Position numbers and translations under genes: made by a program. This document shows, piece after piece, positions 48,801 to 59,291 of a stretch of 64,000 nt of DNA; the stretch's first letter is position 1, and each line of letters begins with the position of its first letter. The notes under the pieces were generated by a model. The model saw only the letters and a list, made by a program, of their open reading frames with translations, did not search any database and had not been told where the DNA came from. Origin of the DNA: Flavobacterium sp. (GTDB taxonomy: Bacteria > Bacteroidota > Bacteroidia > Flavobacteriales > Flavobacteriaceae); NCBI GenBank assembly GCA_031422015.1, contig JANOPO010000081.1:2981-66980 (forward strand), read 5' to 3'.

Positions 48801-50653
48801 TGAAGATACTAGTTATTCAGCAAAAAATGATTGGCGATGTACTCGTTAGTAGCATCATTTGCAACAATTTGCGTATTGCTTATCCAAATGCACAAATAGA
48901 CTATTTGGTTTACGAAAGTACTACACCAGTATTAGAAGGAAATTTGGCTATAAATAATCTTATTCTTTTTAAAAAAATACACCGTACCAGTAACAGTGCC
49001 TTTCTAAAACTAGCATTTGAAGTTCGCAAAGAAAAATACGATGTAGTTATCGATGCCTATTCGAAGCTAGAAAGCTGGGTTTTTGTGGCATTAAGTGGTG
49101 CAAAAAGAAAAATATCTTATAAAAAACCAGCTCGTAAATTTTTGTACACAGACAATGTTCCGTTTGCGATGTTCCCAAAAACAACAATGGGATTGGCAAT
49201 CGAACGAAGATTATCTTTGCTAAAACCATTAGATCTAAACATCGAAATTGATCCCGTTCCTAAATTATTTGTTACTGAAAAAGAAAATCAAGACGCTTTA
49301 ACATTATTTGAAAAACATAAAGTACAAAAAAACAGAAAAACTATAATGGTAAGTATTTTGGGAAGCGAAAAAAACAAAACGTTCCCGTTGACCTACATGG
49401 CAAAAATAGTTGATGAAATTGGAAAAAAATATGAGGTTAATATACTTTTCAATTATTTTCCGAAGCAACGAACTGAAGCAAAAAAGATTTTTGACTTATG
49501 TTCTGCCGTTACAAAAAATAAAATTTACTTTGATTTATTTGGAAATGATTTGCGTTCCTTTATTGCAATAATGAATACTTGTGATTTAATACTTGGCAAC
49601 GATGGTGGCGCAATAAATATGGCTAAAGCATTAAATAAGCCAACTTTTATAATTTTCTCGCCATGGATAGAAAAGAAAATCTGGTCTACATTTGAGGACG
49701 GAATTCATCATAGATCTGTTCATCTAGAAGACTTTAAACCTGAATTATTTGAAAATAAATCAGAAAAAACATTAAAAACTTCAACGCCAGAATTGTATTT
49801 ATATTTTGAATCTGCATTATTTCTGGATAAAATTTTTGATTTTCTAGATTTTAATTTAAATCCACAAAATAAATTTGAAAATCTTCATATCGAGGCAATA
49901 AAACTTTCATTAAGCGCCTTAATTATTACCTATAATGAAGAAAAATATATAAAAAATGTGATTGAAGATTTAGCTTTTGCTGACGAAATCATAGTTGTAG
50001 ATTCGTATAGCACCGACGGAACTAAAAAATTAGTTGAAGCTGCTGCTAAAGCAAAATTTATTCAACATAAATTTTTAGATTATACCTCGCAGCGCAATTT
50101 TGCAATTGATCATGCAAAGCATGATTGGATATTATTTATTGATGCTGACGAAAAATTTACACCAGAATTAAAAGAAGAAGTTATACAAACAATTCAGCTC
50201 AAAAAAACATCGAGTGCCTATCTTTTTTATAGAACTTTTATGTTTGAAGATAAAAAATTAGATTTTAGTGGCTGGCAAACTGATAAAATTTTTAGGCTTT
50301 TCAAAAAAAGTAAAGCTCGATATGTTACTGAGCGACTGGTTCACGAAAAATTAACTGTTAACGGAAAAATTAGTAAACTCAAAAACAAACTAATACATTT
50401 TTCATATACTGATTATGATAGTTATAAAGCAAAAATGATAAGTTACGGAAAATTTAAAGCGATAGAAGAATTTAATAAAGGTGTTCGTCCAAATTTTTAT
50501 CATTTTGTACTACATCCAACATATAAGTTTTGGTATCAATATGTAATAAGACTAGGATTCCTAGATGGCAAAAAAGGCCTCATCATCTGCTATCTAAACG
50601 CCTTGAGCGTTTCGGTTCGATATAAAGAATTAAAAAAAATGCGTTCTAAGTAA
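48800..50653 (+). CDS. Fused glycosyltransferase: GT9 (heptosyltransferase-like) + GT2 (WaaE/KdtX-like)
   Basis: N-terminal IGDVL...GNDGGAINMAKAL; C-terminal SALIITYNEE, VVDSYSTD, FIDADE and VHE motifs. Confidence 0.88.
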   Translation: MKILVIQQKMIGDVLVSSIICNNLRIAYPNAQIDYLVYESTTPVLEGNLAINNLILFKKIHRTSNSAFLKLAFEVRKEKYDVVIDAYSKLESWVFVALSGAKRKISYKKPARKFLYTDNVPFAMFPKTTMGLAIERRLSLLKPLDLNIEIDPVPKLFVTEKENQDALTLFEKHKVQKNRKTIMVSILGSEKNKTFPLTYMAKIVDEIGKKYEVNILFNYFPKQRTEAKKIFDLCSAVTKNKIYFDLFGNDLRSFIAIMNTCDLILGNDGGAINMAKALNKPTFIIFSPWIEKKIWSTFEDGIHHRSVHLEDFKPELFENKSEKTLKTSTPELYLYFESALFLDKIFDFLDFNLNPQNKFENLHIEAIKLSLSALIITYNEEKYIKNVIEDLAFADEIIVVDSYSTDGTKKLVEAAAKAKFIQHKFLDYTSQRNFAIDHAKHDWILFIDADEKFTPELKEEVIQTIQLKKTSSAYLFYRTFMFEDKKLDFSGWQTDKIFRLFKKSKARYVTERLVHEKLTVNGKISKLKNKLIHFSYTDYDSYKAKMISYGKFKAIEEFNKGVRPNFYHFVLHPTYKFWYQYVIRLGFLDGKKGLIICYLNALSVSVRYKELKKMRSK

Positions 50654-50655
50654 AT

Positions 50656-51423
50656 TTATTTCCAAAATTTAAATTTCTGTTTGATTTTAATTTTATTGTG
50701 GTATTTAACTTGAAATTCGTTTGTATACTGCCACATTGTTTCAAAAATTTGGTTTTCACTTTCTGCTTGATATAACTTTGCATATTCATGGCTCATTACT
50801 GCTACCATTTCTTTTTTTGGAGTGAGTCGCGATAGGTTTTTCATTCGCATTTCGAATGTCATTTCGCTACGAAAATTCATTCGGTTAAGATCTACCAGAT
50901 AAAAATCATACTGGTTTTGCGAAACTTTTTTGATCAATGTATTGCCTGGTGAATGATCTAAAAATTCCACTCCTTTTTGATGCAAATTATAGCAAAATTG
51001 TACAAACTGACGTAAAATTATATCATGATTGGGATAATCAGGAATTTCTACCAATTCCCGAAATGTTAAATCTGCATTAAGATGCTCACTTATATAATAA
51101 CTTTTTTCTAATCCAACCAAATCAAAATTTTCCGAATATGCAATGGGTTGAGGCGTTCCGATCCCCAAGTTTTGCAATCTATTTGCGTATTCATAAGAGC
51201 GTTTTGCTTTTGATTTTCTAAAAAATTTATAAGCAATTTTATTTATAAGGTTTGGTTTTTTGAAAGATTTAATATTTAGAATAATAGTAGAATCTAAAAC
51301 AAAGAGTTTTATTGTATTTCGTTTGCCATTTACAAACTCTTGACCCAAACTGGTAAAATTTTGAATGCAATTTGTTAAAAAAGCTTCTGATTTTGAAAAA
51401 TCAGATTGGATTATTAGTTTCAT
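50656..51423 (-). CDS. LPS kinase (Kdo/InaA/WaaP-like) family protein
   Basis: IKSFK, RKSKAKRSYE, LHQKGVEFLDHSPGNTL and LVDLNRM motifs. Confidence 0.87.
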   Translation of the reverse strand: MKLIIQSDFSKSEAFLTNCIQNFTSLGQEFVNGKRNTIKLFVLDSTIILNIKSFKKPNLINKIAYKFFRKSKAKRSYEYANRLQNLGIGTPQPIAYSENFDLVGLEKSYYISEHLNADLTFRELVEIPDYPNHDIILRQFVQFCYNLHQKGVEFLDHSPGNTLIKKVSQNQYDFYLVDLNRMNFRSEMTFEMRMKNLSRLTPKKEMVAVMSHEYAKLYQAESENQIFETMWQYTNEFQVKYHNKIKIKQKFKFWK

Positions 51424-51506
51424 AGAAAAAAATCAGTAAACAAAAGTAGTTATTGCTTTTTGTAATTCCAATTATTGATTTATATTTACTCAAATTTATC
51501 TATTTT

Positions 51507-52580
51507 ATGTCAAAAACTGTATTTCTAGAAACGCACAATTTAAATAATAAAGCAACTGGTTTTGGAACGTTCAATTATGAACTTATTAAGGGCTTTAGTC
51601 AAATTGAACTAGACGATTTTAGATTAACAATAAACCATAGAAATCCGAGTATTTTAAAAAAAGAATTTGGAAAATGCTTTAATTATAATCGTTATATAAA
51701 TTTAGCTCGCCATTTGCCTTTTAGAAGTCGAACTATTTATGATCTATGGCATTCTGTTAATCAAAATACAAAAGTAGAGCCGAAAAATCCAAAAAATTAT
51801 TTACTGACCATCCACGATGTCAACTTTATGGAAGAAGTATCAACAAATCTAAATCATGGCGTTAATGAGCGATTTGTGAAAAAATTAGAACGTGCTACAG
51901 CAATAAACTACATATCGGAATTTGCAAAAAAACAAACACATCAATATTTTGAAATCCCAAAAGAAATTCCCGAATATATTATACATAATGGCAATCCTAT
52001 ATCAAAATTAGTTGCAATTGACCAATACAGAACATCGGTGCCTACCGATAAACCTTATTTTTATACTATTGGCGATTTTCTAGAACGAAAAAATTATCAT
52101 TCAATAATAATGATGATGAAAAATATTACAGATTATAATCTTATTATTTCTGGAAATAAAGATAGGCCGTATGGTAAAGAAATTCAGAAAATGATCATTG
52201 ATAATAAACTACAAAATAAAGTTTTTTTAACGGGTAAAGTAGACGAAGTTGGCAAGCAATATTATCTAACAAATTGTGTAGCATTTTTGTTTCCGTCTAT
52301 ACGAGAAGGATTTGGTTTACCTCCAATTGAAGCTATGGCTTTTGGAAAACCCGTTTTTTTGTCTGATAAAACCTCATTACCTGAAATAGGTGGGAAAGAC
52401 GCTTATTACTGGAGTGATTTTGATCCAGAATTTATGAAGCAAGTACTATTTGACGGTTTGCACCATTTTGAAAGTAATAAAATAGAAATGGAAAATTTAA
52501 TGCGAACAAGAGCTGCTAGTTTTGATTGGAAAATTGCTGCAGCGCAATATCTCGAAGTTTATAAAAAAACGATAGGTTAA
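51507..52580 (+). CDS. GT4 (GT-B) glycosyltransferase
   Basis: LTIHD, FPSIREGFGLPPIEAM and SLPEIGG motifs. Start moved to the ATG at 51507. Confidence 0.88.
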   Translation: MSKTVFLETHNLNNKATGFGTFNYELIKGFSQIELDDFRLTINHRNPSILKKEFGKCFNYNRYINLARHLPFRSRTIYDLWHSVNQNTKVEPKNPKNYLLTIHDVNFMEEVSTNLNHGVNERFVKKLERATAINYISEFAKKQTHQYFEIPKEIPEYIIHNGNPISKLVAIDQYRTSVPTDKPYFYTIGDFLERKNYHSIIMMMKNITDYNLIISGNKDRPYGKEIQKMIIDNKLQNKVFLTGKVDEVGKQYYLTNCVAFLFPSIREGFGLPPIEAMAFGKPVFLSDKTSLPEIGGKDAYYWSDFDPEFMKQVLFDGLHHFESNKIEMENLMRTRAASFDWKIAAAQYLEVYKKTIG

Positions 52581-53479
52581 AAATACCGTTCGAAAACAGG
52601 TTTTTTGCCGATTTTGAATATTTTTAAATGTTTAAACCATTGCCCGAAATTTTTCTTCCACAAAAAGAAATTAGAAATTTTTATTTCCTGATTATTTTCA
52701 AAAAACGAAACTATTTCTTTAGGATTTATAGTTGGTACATAACCCAATGCTGCCCATTGCGTAGGTTCTAGATAAAACACATCTTTAATATCTTGATAAT
52801 TGTCTTTGTTAGCTTTTTTCCATTTATTTAAAAAGGTGGTATTCACATCTTCGCGATGGCTCCAATTTTTTAATTTATATTCTAATTCAGTTTCCGAACG
52901 AGATAAAGATTCATGCAATGTAAACGAATCAACGTATATTATTCGTTCTCGTGATTGCCGGGCGTATTTATAATTAGGATAATTGGTTGCCAAAAGTACT
53001 TTACATGTGTTTTTTACGTACAATATTCCGTCGTCCAAATATTTATAAATATCAATATGGTATCCTGAAATTTGCACAGGATGTTTTTCAGGATTATCCA
53101 AATAGCTATCATATTTCCGTAAAGATTTTACAAAACCTTCAAAATCCAGAAAATATTCGTCTGCATCTACTTGTATGAGCCAATTGCCAATGCCCATTTT
53201 TAGGGACAACATATGTCGCTCGCGGGTATCCATCTGAATACCTACTAGTGAAGGAACATAAAAATTATCTCGATAAATTTCGATTTTCTTATCAACATCA
53301 AAAGCTTCGAGCCATTTAAAAAAAGAGTCATCTATTTCAAACTTATTGCCAGACCAAGTATTCAGATTTTTGTCGATGGCAATAAATATTCTGTCCGCAG
53401 CTTTGTAAACAGGCGGAATTGACAACTTTAGTTTGTCATAATCATAGGATAATAGAAAGCCAACATGAATTTTTTTCAT
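52577..53479 (-). CDS. Uncharacterised protein, possible GT-A-fold glycosyltransferase
   Basis: WLIQVDADEYF (DxD-like) and WSH motifs; located within the glycan locus. Confidence 0.55.
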   Translation of the reverse strand: MKKIHVGFLLSYDYDKLKLSIPPVYKAADRIFIAIDKNLNTWSGNKFEIDDSFFKWLEAFDVDKKIEIYRDNFYVPSLVGIQMDTRERHMLSLKMGIGNWLIQVDADEYFLDFEGFVKSLRKYDSYLDNPEKHPVQISGYHIDIYKYLDDGILYVKNTCKVLLATNYPNYKYARQSRERIIYVDSFTLHESLSRSETELEYKLKNWSHREDVNTTFLNKWKKANKDNYQDIKDVFYLEPTQWAALGYVPTINPKEIVSFFENNQEIKISNFFLWKKNFGQWFKHLKIFKIGKKPVFERYF

Positions 53480-53491
53480 TACAGCGCCTTT

Positions 53492-54316
53492 TTATTGTTT
53501 TGTATTTGAATTAGGCAAAAATAATAATAAAAAATTTAAATTGAGCTTTAATAATTTCCAAGCAAATTTGTGATTTTTAATTTTTTGAAATTGCAAAAAT
53601 CTTTTCGAATTCAACTGACTTACTACTTTATAATCATCATGAAAAGCTGGAAAAAACTTTTTTATGGTTTGGTTTTTTTCATCTTCAAAAAGTTGAGAAG
53701 ATTCTGGCCTTGAAGAAATTCCATTAAAATCATATAACGCTATCGTCTTGTTTAGATATTTATAGGGTATATTTTCTTTACAGATTAATACCGTAAAAAA
53801 TTCCCAATCTGAAGCGATTTTATAATTTTCGTTATAGTAAAAATACTTTTCAAAAAGATTACGTTTTATAAATGTTGATTGATGGTTTATAGAACTTGTG
53901 TAAAAAAAAGAAAAATTTAGTTTGCTCGAATAGGTTTTAAGCCTCTTAGAATTTGAACTTACTTTATAATTGTTTCCATAAAAAATATCGTGTTGATTTG
54001 TCAATTCTGGCAAAATATCTTCGAGAACTTGATTGTTATAAAAGCAGTCTCCGCTGTTCATAAATAGCACAAATTCGCCAGTTGCTATTTTTATTCCTTT
54101 GTTCATAGCATTGAAAACTCCTGAATCTGGTTCAGAAACTATGTGTGTAATTAGGTTTGCATAATTGGTAAGTATTTCTTTACTACCATCCGAGCTGTTG
54201 CCATCAATAACAATATATTCAAATATGGCTTGGGTTTGATTAATAACGCTTTCTATAGTTTTTTGAAGACCATTTTTGTCGTTATAATTAATTGTTATTA
54301 TTGATAGTTTGATCAT
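53492..54316 (-). CDS. GT2 glycosyltransferase (WcaE-like)
   Basis: SIITINYN, VIDGNSSDGS, GVFNAMNKG, MNSGD and INHQSTF motifs. Confidence 0.9.
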   Translation of the reverse strand: MIKLSIITINYNDKNGLQKTIESVINQTQAIFEYIVIDGNSSDGSKEILTNYANLITHIVSEPDSGVFNAMNKGIKIATGEFVLFMNSGDCFYNNQVLEDILPELTNQHDIFYGNNYKVSSNSKRLKTYSSKLNFSFFYTSSINHQSTFIKRNLFEKYFYYNENYKIASDWEFFTVLICKENIPYKYLNKTIALYDFNGISSRPESSQLFEDEKNQTIKKFFPAFHDDYKVVSQLNSKRFLQFQKIKNHKFAWKLLKLNLNFLLLFLPNSNTKQ

Positions 54317-55452
54317 ATTCCAAAAAATTTATCAATTTTTAAATATAATTTTTCAGTGTCATTATTATCAGAAAAATAATCTTGTGCTTCGTTACTTATT
54401 TGTTTATAAAACTGCTTGTTGAGTAGTAAATTGTTAATATTATTCGCAAACTCTACTGGGTCGTTAGTTACCAAACAACCATTTTTTGTTTTACTAATCA
54501 TACCATCTACGCCGCGTTCAGTGCAAACGATAGGTAGTCCATATGATAATGCTTCGATAACTTTTATTTTGAGTCCCGTGCCTGACAAAATTGGACAAAT
54601 TGCAATTTTTGAACGGCTGTAAACAGCAGTCAAATCCTCTAAATAATCTATTTTGGTTACATTGTTGAAATCTTCAAAATGATTGGTGATTTTTCCAACT
54701 ACCAAAATTTTTAAATCTAAATTTAATCTTGGATATACCTCTGTAAAAAACCAGTTTACAGATTTTATATTATGCGGATTGCTACTAGCCACATAAATCA
54801 GGTCATATATTTTATTGATTTGACTTTTTTTATAATTGTTCTCAATAAGGTGCGACACAATGTGAATAGGCTTGTCAATAAATTGCGAAAATAAATATTT
54901 TTCCTCAGTCGATATTACAAAAATTTCATCAAAATGCTTTAATAAATTTATTTCAGTTTCAAAATACTTTCCAAGTTCAAAATTTTTAACATGTTGAAAT
55001 TGCGATGTTAAAAAATCATGTGTATCGATAAATGTTTTTGCGTTTTTTAGGTTTTTATTTTTGATAATTAATGAAGCCCAGCACGCATATGATATAATGA
55101 TAAAATCGTAAGAATTGTTTTTTAAAATTAAATCAAAATGCTCTTGATGTCCAAAAATTGGCCTTTGAAAATACTTAATTTTTTTAAAAATTTTATTTGG
55201 CAATGAAAAATTAAAAAAATAACGAAACTGATTTTTACTTCTTTGATATCTTTTTAATAGATACCCATCATTGATAAGATCTTTATTTTTGAGAAGATCA
55301 AGATCAGATTCTGCGAAGGTTTTTGAATGTTCGCTAACAAAGTCGATGGTGATTTTTCTGTTTTTAAAATATTGTAATAAAGACAAAGCCCTAGCATTAT
55401 TGCCTTGGGTAAATACTAGAGGATTTTCAGGATAGAAATATAAAATTTTCAT
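54313..55452 (-). CDS. GT4-like glycosyltransferase
   Basis: IDTHD and PILSGTGLKIKVIEALSYG motifs. Confidence 0.85.
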   Translation of the reverse strand: MKILYFYPENPLVFTQGNNARALSLLQYFKNRKITIDFVSEHSKTFAESDLDLLKNKDLINDGYLLKRYQRSKNQFRYFFNFSLPNKIFKKIKYFQRPIFGHQEHFDLILKNNSYDFIIISYACWASLIIKNKNLKNAKTFIDTHDFLTSQFQHVKNFELGKYFETEINLLKHFDEIFVISTEEKYLFSQFIDKPIHIVSHLIENNYKKSQINKIYDLIYVASSNPHNIKSVNWFFTEVYPRLNLDLKILVVGKITNHFEDFNNVTKIDYLEDLTAVYSRSKIAICPILSGTGLKIKVIEALSYGLPIVCTERGVDGMISKTKNGCLVTNDPVEFANNINNLLLNKQFYKQISNEAQDYFSDNNDTEKLYLKIDKFFGI

Positions 55453-56273
55453 TTTTTGTTTGGTAAAAAAAGTAAAATAAGATTAGAAAATCCTTTAAGG
55501 AACTTCCATGCTGTAGGAAACTCTTTGATGTATAAAATATTTAATATTCTTTTAGATTTCAACACATTTAAGCCTTTATATTCTTGATAATCTGATATAT
55601 ACATTTTAAAATACTTATTCATTACAGTATCAGTTTCTTGTTTTATAACCGCTTTGTACGTTGGATTAGATGATATTCCGTCAAGATCATAATAGGATAC
55701 AGTTTCTGGTATATGTTGGTATGAAATATTTTTAACACAAAGTGCATAAATCATAAATTCCCAATCAGAAATTACTTTAAAATCTTCATTATAATAAAAA
55801 ATTTCTTTAAATAAGGTTCTTTTTATAAAACACGTTTGATGGCATAAACTATTATCAATAAAAAATTTGAAAGTTAACTTGTCAGGATAACTTACAAAAA
55901 CATCGCCTTTTGGATATTTAAAAATAGCATCACCAAAATACAAATCTTTCTCGCCATCGATTTTTTTTTGAACGTTTTCTATAGTTTTCTCAGAAAATAG
56001 CACATCACCACTATTCAAAAAAAGTAAAAAATCACCTTTTGCAAGGCGTATACCTTTGTTCATCGCATTATAAATTCCTGAGTCATTTTCGGAAATCCAT
56101 ACGAGGTCTGTACTGACTATTTCTTCTAGAAATTTTTTACTGCCATCTGTACTTTCACCGTCAATAATAATGTACTCAAAATCTTTAAAGGATTGTGAAG
56201 CTACACTAGCAATGGTTTTTTTCAAACCATTGATGTTATTATAGTTGATTGTTATGATTGATATTTTATTCAT
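55449..56273 (-). CDS. GT2 glycosyltransferase (paralog of 53492-54316)
   Basis: SIITINYN, IIDGESTDGS, GIYNAMNKG, LNSGD and CHQTCF motifs. Start moved to the ATG at 56273. Confidence 0.9.
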   Translation of the reverse strand: MNKISIITINYNNINGLKKTIASVASQSFKDFEYIIIDGESTDGSKKFLEEIVSTDLVWISENDSGIYNAMNKGIRLAKGDFLLFLNSGDVLFSEKTIENVQKKIDGEKDLYFGDAIFKYPKGDVFVSYPDKLTFKFFIDNSLCHQTCFIKRTLFKEIFYYNEDFKVISDWEFMIYALCVKNISYQHIPETVSYYDLDGISSNPTYKAVIKQETDTVMNKYFKMYISDYQEYKGLNVLKSKRILNILYIKEFPTAWKFLKGFSNLILLFLPNKK

Positions 56274-56283
56274 TTCAGTTTTA

Positions 56284-57207
56284 TTATTTTTTCCAAAATT
56301 TATATTTGTTTTTAGATTTTGGTATAACTGCAACATCTTCAATAAATTCTTTTTTTAGCGTAAACTTATCTGCTTCTTTATGAGGTAAAAAAAGAATTGG
56401 ATGCAAGATATTTGCATCCATGTTAATAGCTAATAAATTTGAAAAATCATCGTCGACATTATGGGTATGCGTTGCGTTTTCTCCAAAACCTATATTAGTT
56501 ATCAAATTACTATTTGGTATTATTGATAATCCGTTGTTGAACATGTTGGTAATAGCCCATTGAAAATCCCAAGTATCTATTTTATTTTCTAGCAATTTAT
56601 TAAAAATAGAATTCCAGCTTTTTGACAAGTGAGCATCGTCAAAAATAATGTTAAATGCTTTTTCAGTATTTAAGTTTTTATATATTTTTAATTCAACATC
56701 ATAATCTTTCCAGGCTCTGCGCCAAGAAGCCCAACCCCAAACGTGGGTCAAATTTGAAAAGTAATAACTATCGTCACCACGTTTATTACCCATTTGCAGA
56801 TTACTTCCACCAATATGATATATTCGAGTATCGGTTTTATAAAAGTCTAACATTTGATCGCAAAACCTAAAAAAATCCTGGTTTGGTAGACAATCGTCTT
56901 CCAGAATTATGCCTTGCTCTTCGTTTTGGAAAAACCAATCTATTGCAGACGAAACTGCATATTTACATCCTAAATTATCTTTTCTGAATAATAATTTTAC
57001 ATTACAATCCCAATCAACATTATTAGAAACTTCTCTTGCGAGTTGACAAACTTTATCTTCATTTTGTATCTGATCTCGAGGCCCATCAGCAGCAATATAA
57101 AGGCGAGAAGGTTTCGATTTTCTAATCTCGTCAAATACTCGAATAGTTAACGCAGGTCTGTTAAAAATTAAAAAAAGAATTGGAGATTTAGTATAATAAT
57201 TTTGCAT
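56284..57207 (-). CDS. Nucleotide-diphospho-sugar transferase (GT-A)
   Basis: IFNRP, YIAADGPR, IILEDDC, WGWASW and TWDFQW motifs. Confidence 0.85.
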   Translation of the reverse strand: MQNYYTKSPILFLIFNRPALTIRVFDEIRKSKPSRLYIAADGPRDQIQNEDKVCQLAREVSNNVDWDCNVKLLFRKDNLGCKYAVSSAIDWFFQNEEQGIILEDDCLPNQDFFRFCDQMLDFYKTDTRIYHIGGSNLQMGNKRGDDSYYFSNLTHVWGWASWRRAWKDYDVELKIYKNLNTEKAFNIIFDDAHLSKSWNSIFNKLLENKIDTWDFQWAITNMFNNGLSIIPNSNLITNIGFGENATHTHNVDDDFSNLLAINMDANILHPILFLPHKEADKFTLKKEFIEDVAVIPKSKNKYKFWKK

Positions 57208-57217
57208 TAAGTAGTAT

Positions 57218-58141
57218 CTAATTCATAAATTTTTGCTTGTACACATCTGCGATTCCTTCTTTAAGTTGAATGGAATATTTCCAACCTAGCGCATTTAATT
57301 TTGAAGTATCAGTAAGTTTTCTGGGAGTTCCATCGGGTTTCGTAGTATCGAAAACAACTTCGCCTTCATAGCCAGTTATCTCCTGTATCAAAAATGCTAA
57401 ATCCTTTATAGAAATTTCTACTCCAGACCCAATATTAACAAATCCTTTTTCGTTATAATTTTCCATTAGGTATACACATGCGTTAGCCATATCGGTTGCG
57501 TGTAAAAATTCTCTGAGTGGACTGCCTGATCCCCATACCGTAACTTGCTTGTGAGAATTTAGTTTGGCTTCATGAAACTTTCTTAGTAATGCGGGCAACA
57601 CATGTGAATTTTGTAAATCATAATTATCGTTAAGACCGTACAAATTTGTGGGCATAACTGATATAAAATTACAGTTGTATTGATCTCTGTATGCATCGCA
57701 CATCTTAATTCCGGCAATTTTGGCAATTGCGTATGGCTCGTTTGTTTCTTCTAATAATCCTGTTAAAAGGTATTCTTCTTTCAATGGCTGTGGTGCCATT
57801 TTTGGGTAAATGCAAGTAGACCCCAAAAAAAGTAATTTTTTAACTCCATTTTTATAACTGGCATGTATTACATTGCTTTGTATCATTATATTTTGATAAA
57901 TAAAATCTGCCCGTAACGTATTGTTAGCTTCTATTCCTCCTACTTTTGCAGCAGCCAGGAAAACATATTCTGGCTTTTCAGTTTCAAAAAAATGCGCAAC
58001 TTCTTTTTGATCTGTCAAATTTAATGCACTAGATGTTTTGTACACAAGATTTTTAAAACCTTTGGCCTGCAAATCTTTCAAAATTGCACTACCAACCATG
58101 CCTCTGTGACCAGCAATATATATTTTAGAATCTAACTTCAT
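57218..58141 (-). CDS. fcl: GDP-L-fucose synthase
   Basis: [35 protein letters not shown] and PTNLYG motifs. Confidence 0.96.
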   Translation of the reverse strand: MKLDSKIYIAGHRGMVGSAILKDLQAKGFKNLVYKTSSALNLTDQKEVAHFFETEKPEYVFLAAAKVGGIEANNTLRADFIYQNIMIQSNVIHASYKNGVKKLLFLGSTCIYPKMAPQPLKEEYLLTGLLEETNEPYAIAKIAGIKMCDAYRDQYNCNFISVMPTNLYGLNDNYDLQNSHVLPALLRKFHEAKLNSHKQVTVWGSGSPLREFLHATDMANACVYLMENYNEKGFVNIGSGVEISIKDLAFLIQEITGYEGEVVFDTTKPDGTPRKLTDTSKLNALGWKYSIQLKEGIADVYKQKFMN

Positions 58142-58182
58142 TATATTTTTTTGACGTTTTAAAATTTAAATTTAGAATGAAA

Positions 58183-59271
58183 TTATTTTATTGATTTATA
58201 AAAAATTTCTTTCTTAAAAATCTCTAAATCCGCTTGTATCATCTCTTTAACAAGCATCTCGAGCGTATATTTGGGTTTCCAACCTAACTTTGTTTTGGCT
58301 TTTGTATTGTCACCAATTAGTAGTTCTACTTCGGTTGGTCTGAAATACGTTGGGTCAATTTTGACCACAACTTGACCGACTTTGAATTTATAATCGGTAT
58401 TGTTTATTGAAACTACTGTTGCTGTTTCATCAACGCCCTCGCCTTTAAAATCTAATGTCACGCCTACTTCATCAAACGACATTCTTATAAACTCTCTCAC
58501 CTCTGTAGTTACGCCAGTTGATATTACAAAATCTTCAGGTTTTTCTTGTTGTAGTATTAACCACATGGCTTCTACATAATCTTTAGCATGGCCCCAGTCT
58601 CTTCTTGAGTCTATATTACCCATATACAATACATCTTGGATACCCAAAGCCATTTGGGCCACTGCTCTTGTAATTTTTCTTGTTACAAATGTTTCTCCTC
58701 GTAGCGGACTTTCGTGGTTAAATAAAATTCCGTTACAAGCAAACATATCATAAGCCTCGCGATAATTGACTGTTATCCAATAGGCATACATTTTTGCGAC
58801 AGCGTAGGGTGATCTTGGATAAAAAGGAGTAGTTTCTCTTTGAGGAACTTCTTGCACTAATCCATACAACTCTGATGTGGATGCTTGATAAATTTTGGTT
58901 TTCTTAGTCAACCCCAATAAACGAACAGCTTCTAAAATTCTTAAGGTGCCAATACCATCAGCATTTGCTGTATACTCTGGCATGTCAAAACTTACTTTTA
59001 CATGACTCATAGCGCCAAGATTATATATTTCGTCAGGTTGCGTTTCTTGAATAATTCGAATCAAATTCGTTGAATCATTCAAATCGCCATAATGCAATTT
59101 AAATAATTGGTTATCAATATGCGGATCTTCATATAAATGCTCAATACGTTGGGTATTAAATAAAGAACTTCTTCTTTTTATACCATGAACCATATATCCT
59201 TTTGATAATAAAAGTTCAGATAAATAAGCTCCATCTTGACCAGTTACTCCTGTAATTAATGCTACTTTCAT
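58183..59271 (-). CDS. gmd: GDP-mannose 4,6-dehydratase
   Basis: [34 protein letters not shown] and RDWGHA motifs. Confidence 0.97.
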   Translation of the reverse strand: MKVALITGVTGQDGAYLSELLLSKGYMVHGIKRRSSLFNTQRIEHLYEDPHIDNQLFKLHYGDLNDSTNLIRIIQETQPDEIYNLGAMSHVKVSFDMPEYTANADGIGTLRILEAVRLLGLTKKTKIYQASTSELYGLVQEVPQRETTPFYPRSPYAVAKMYAYWITVNYREAYDMFACNGILFNHESPLRGETFVTRKITRAVAQMALGIQDVLYMGNIDSRRDWGHAKDYVEAMWLILQQEKPEDFVISTGVTTEVREFIRMSFDEVGVTLDFKGEGVDETATVVSINNTDYKFKVGQVVVKIDPTYFRPTEVELLIGDNTKAKTKLGWKPKYTLEMLVKEMIQADLEIFKKEIFYKSIK

Positions 59272-59291
59272 AATTTATTATGTCTTTATGT

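Noticed and set aside
53492-56273. Two similar GT2 genes as a recent duplication or mobile unit
   Set aside because: Similarity is limited to family motifs, with no shared nucleotide-level repeat or boundaries; this is common in glycan loci.
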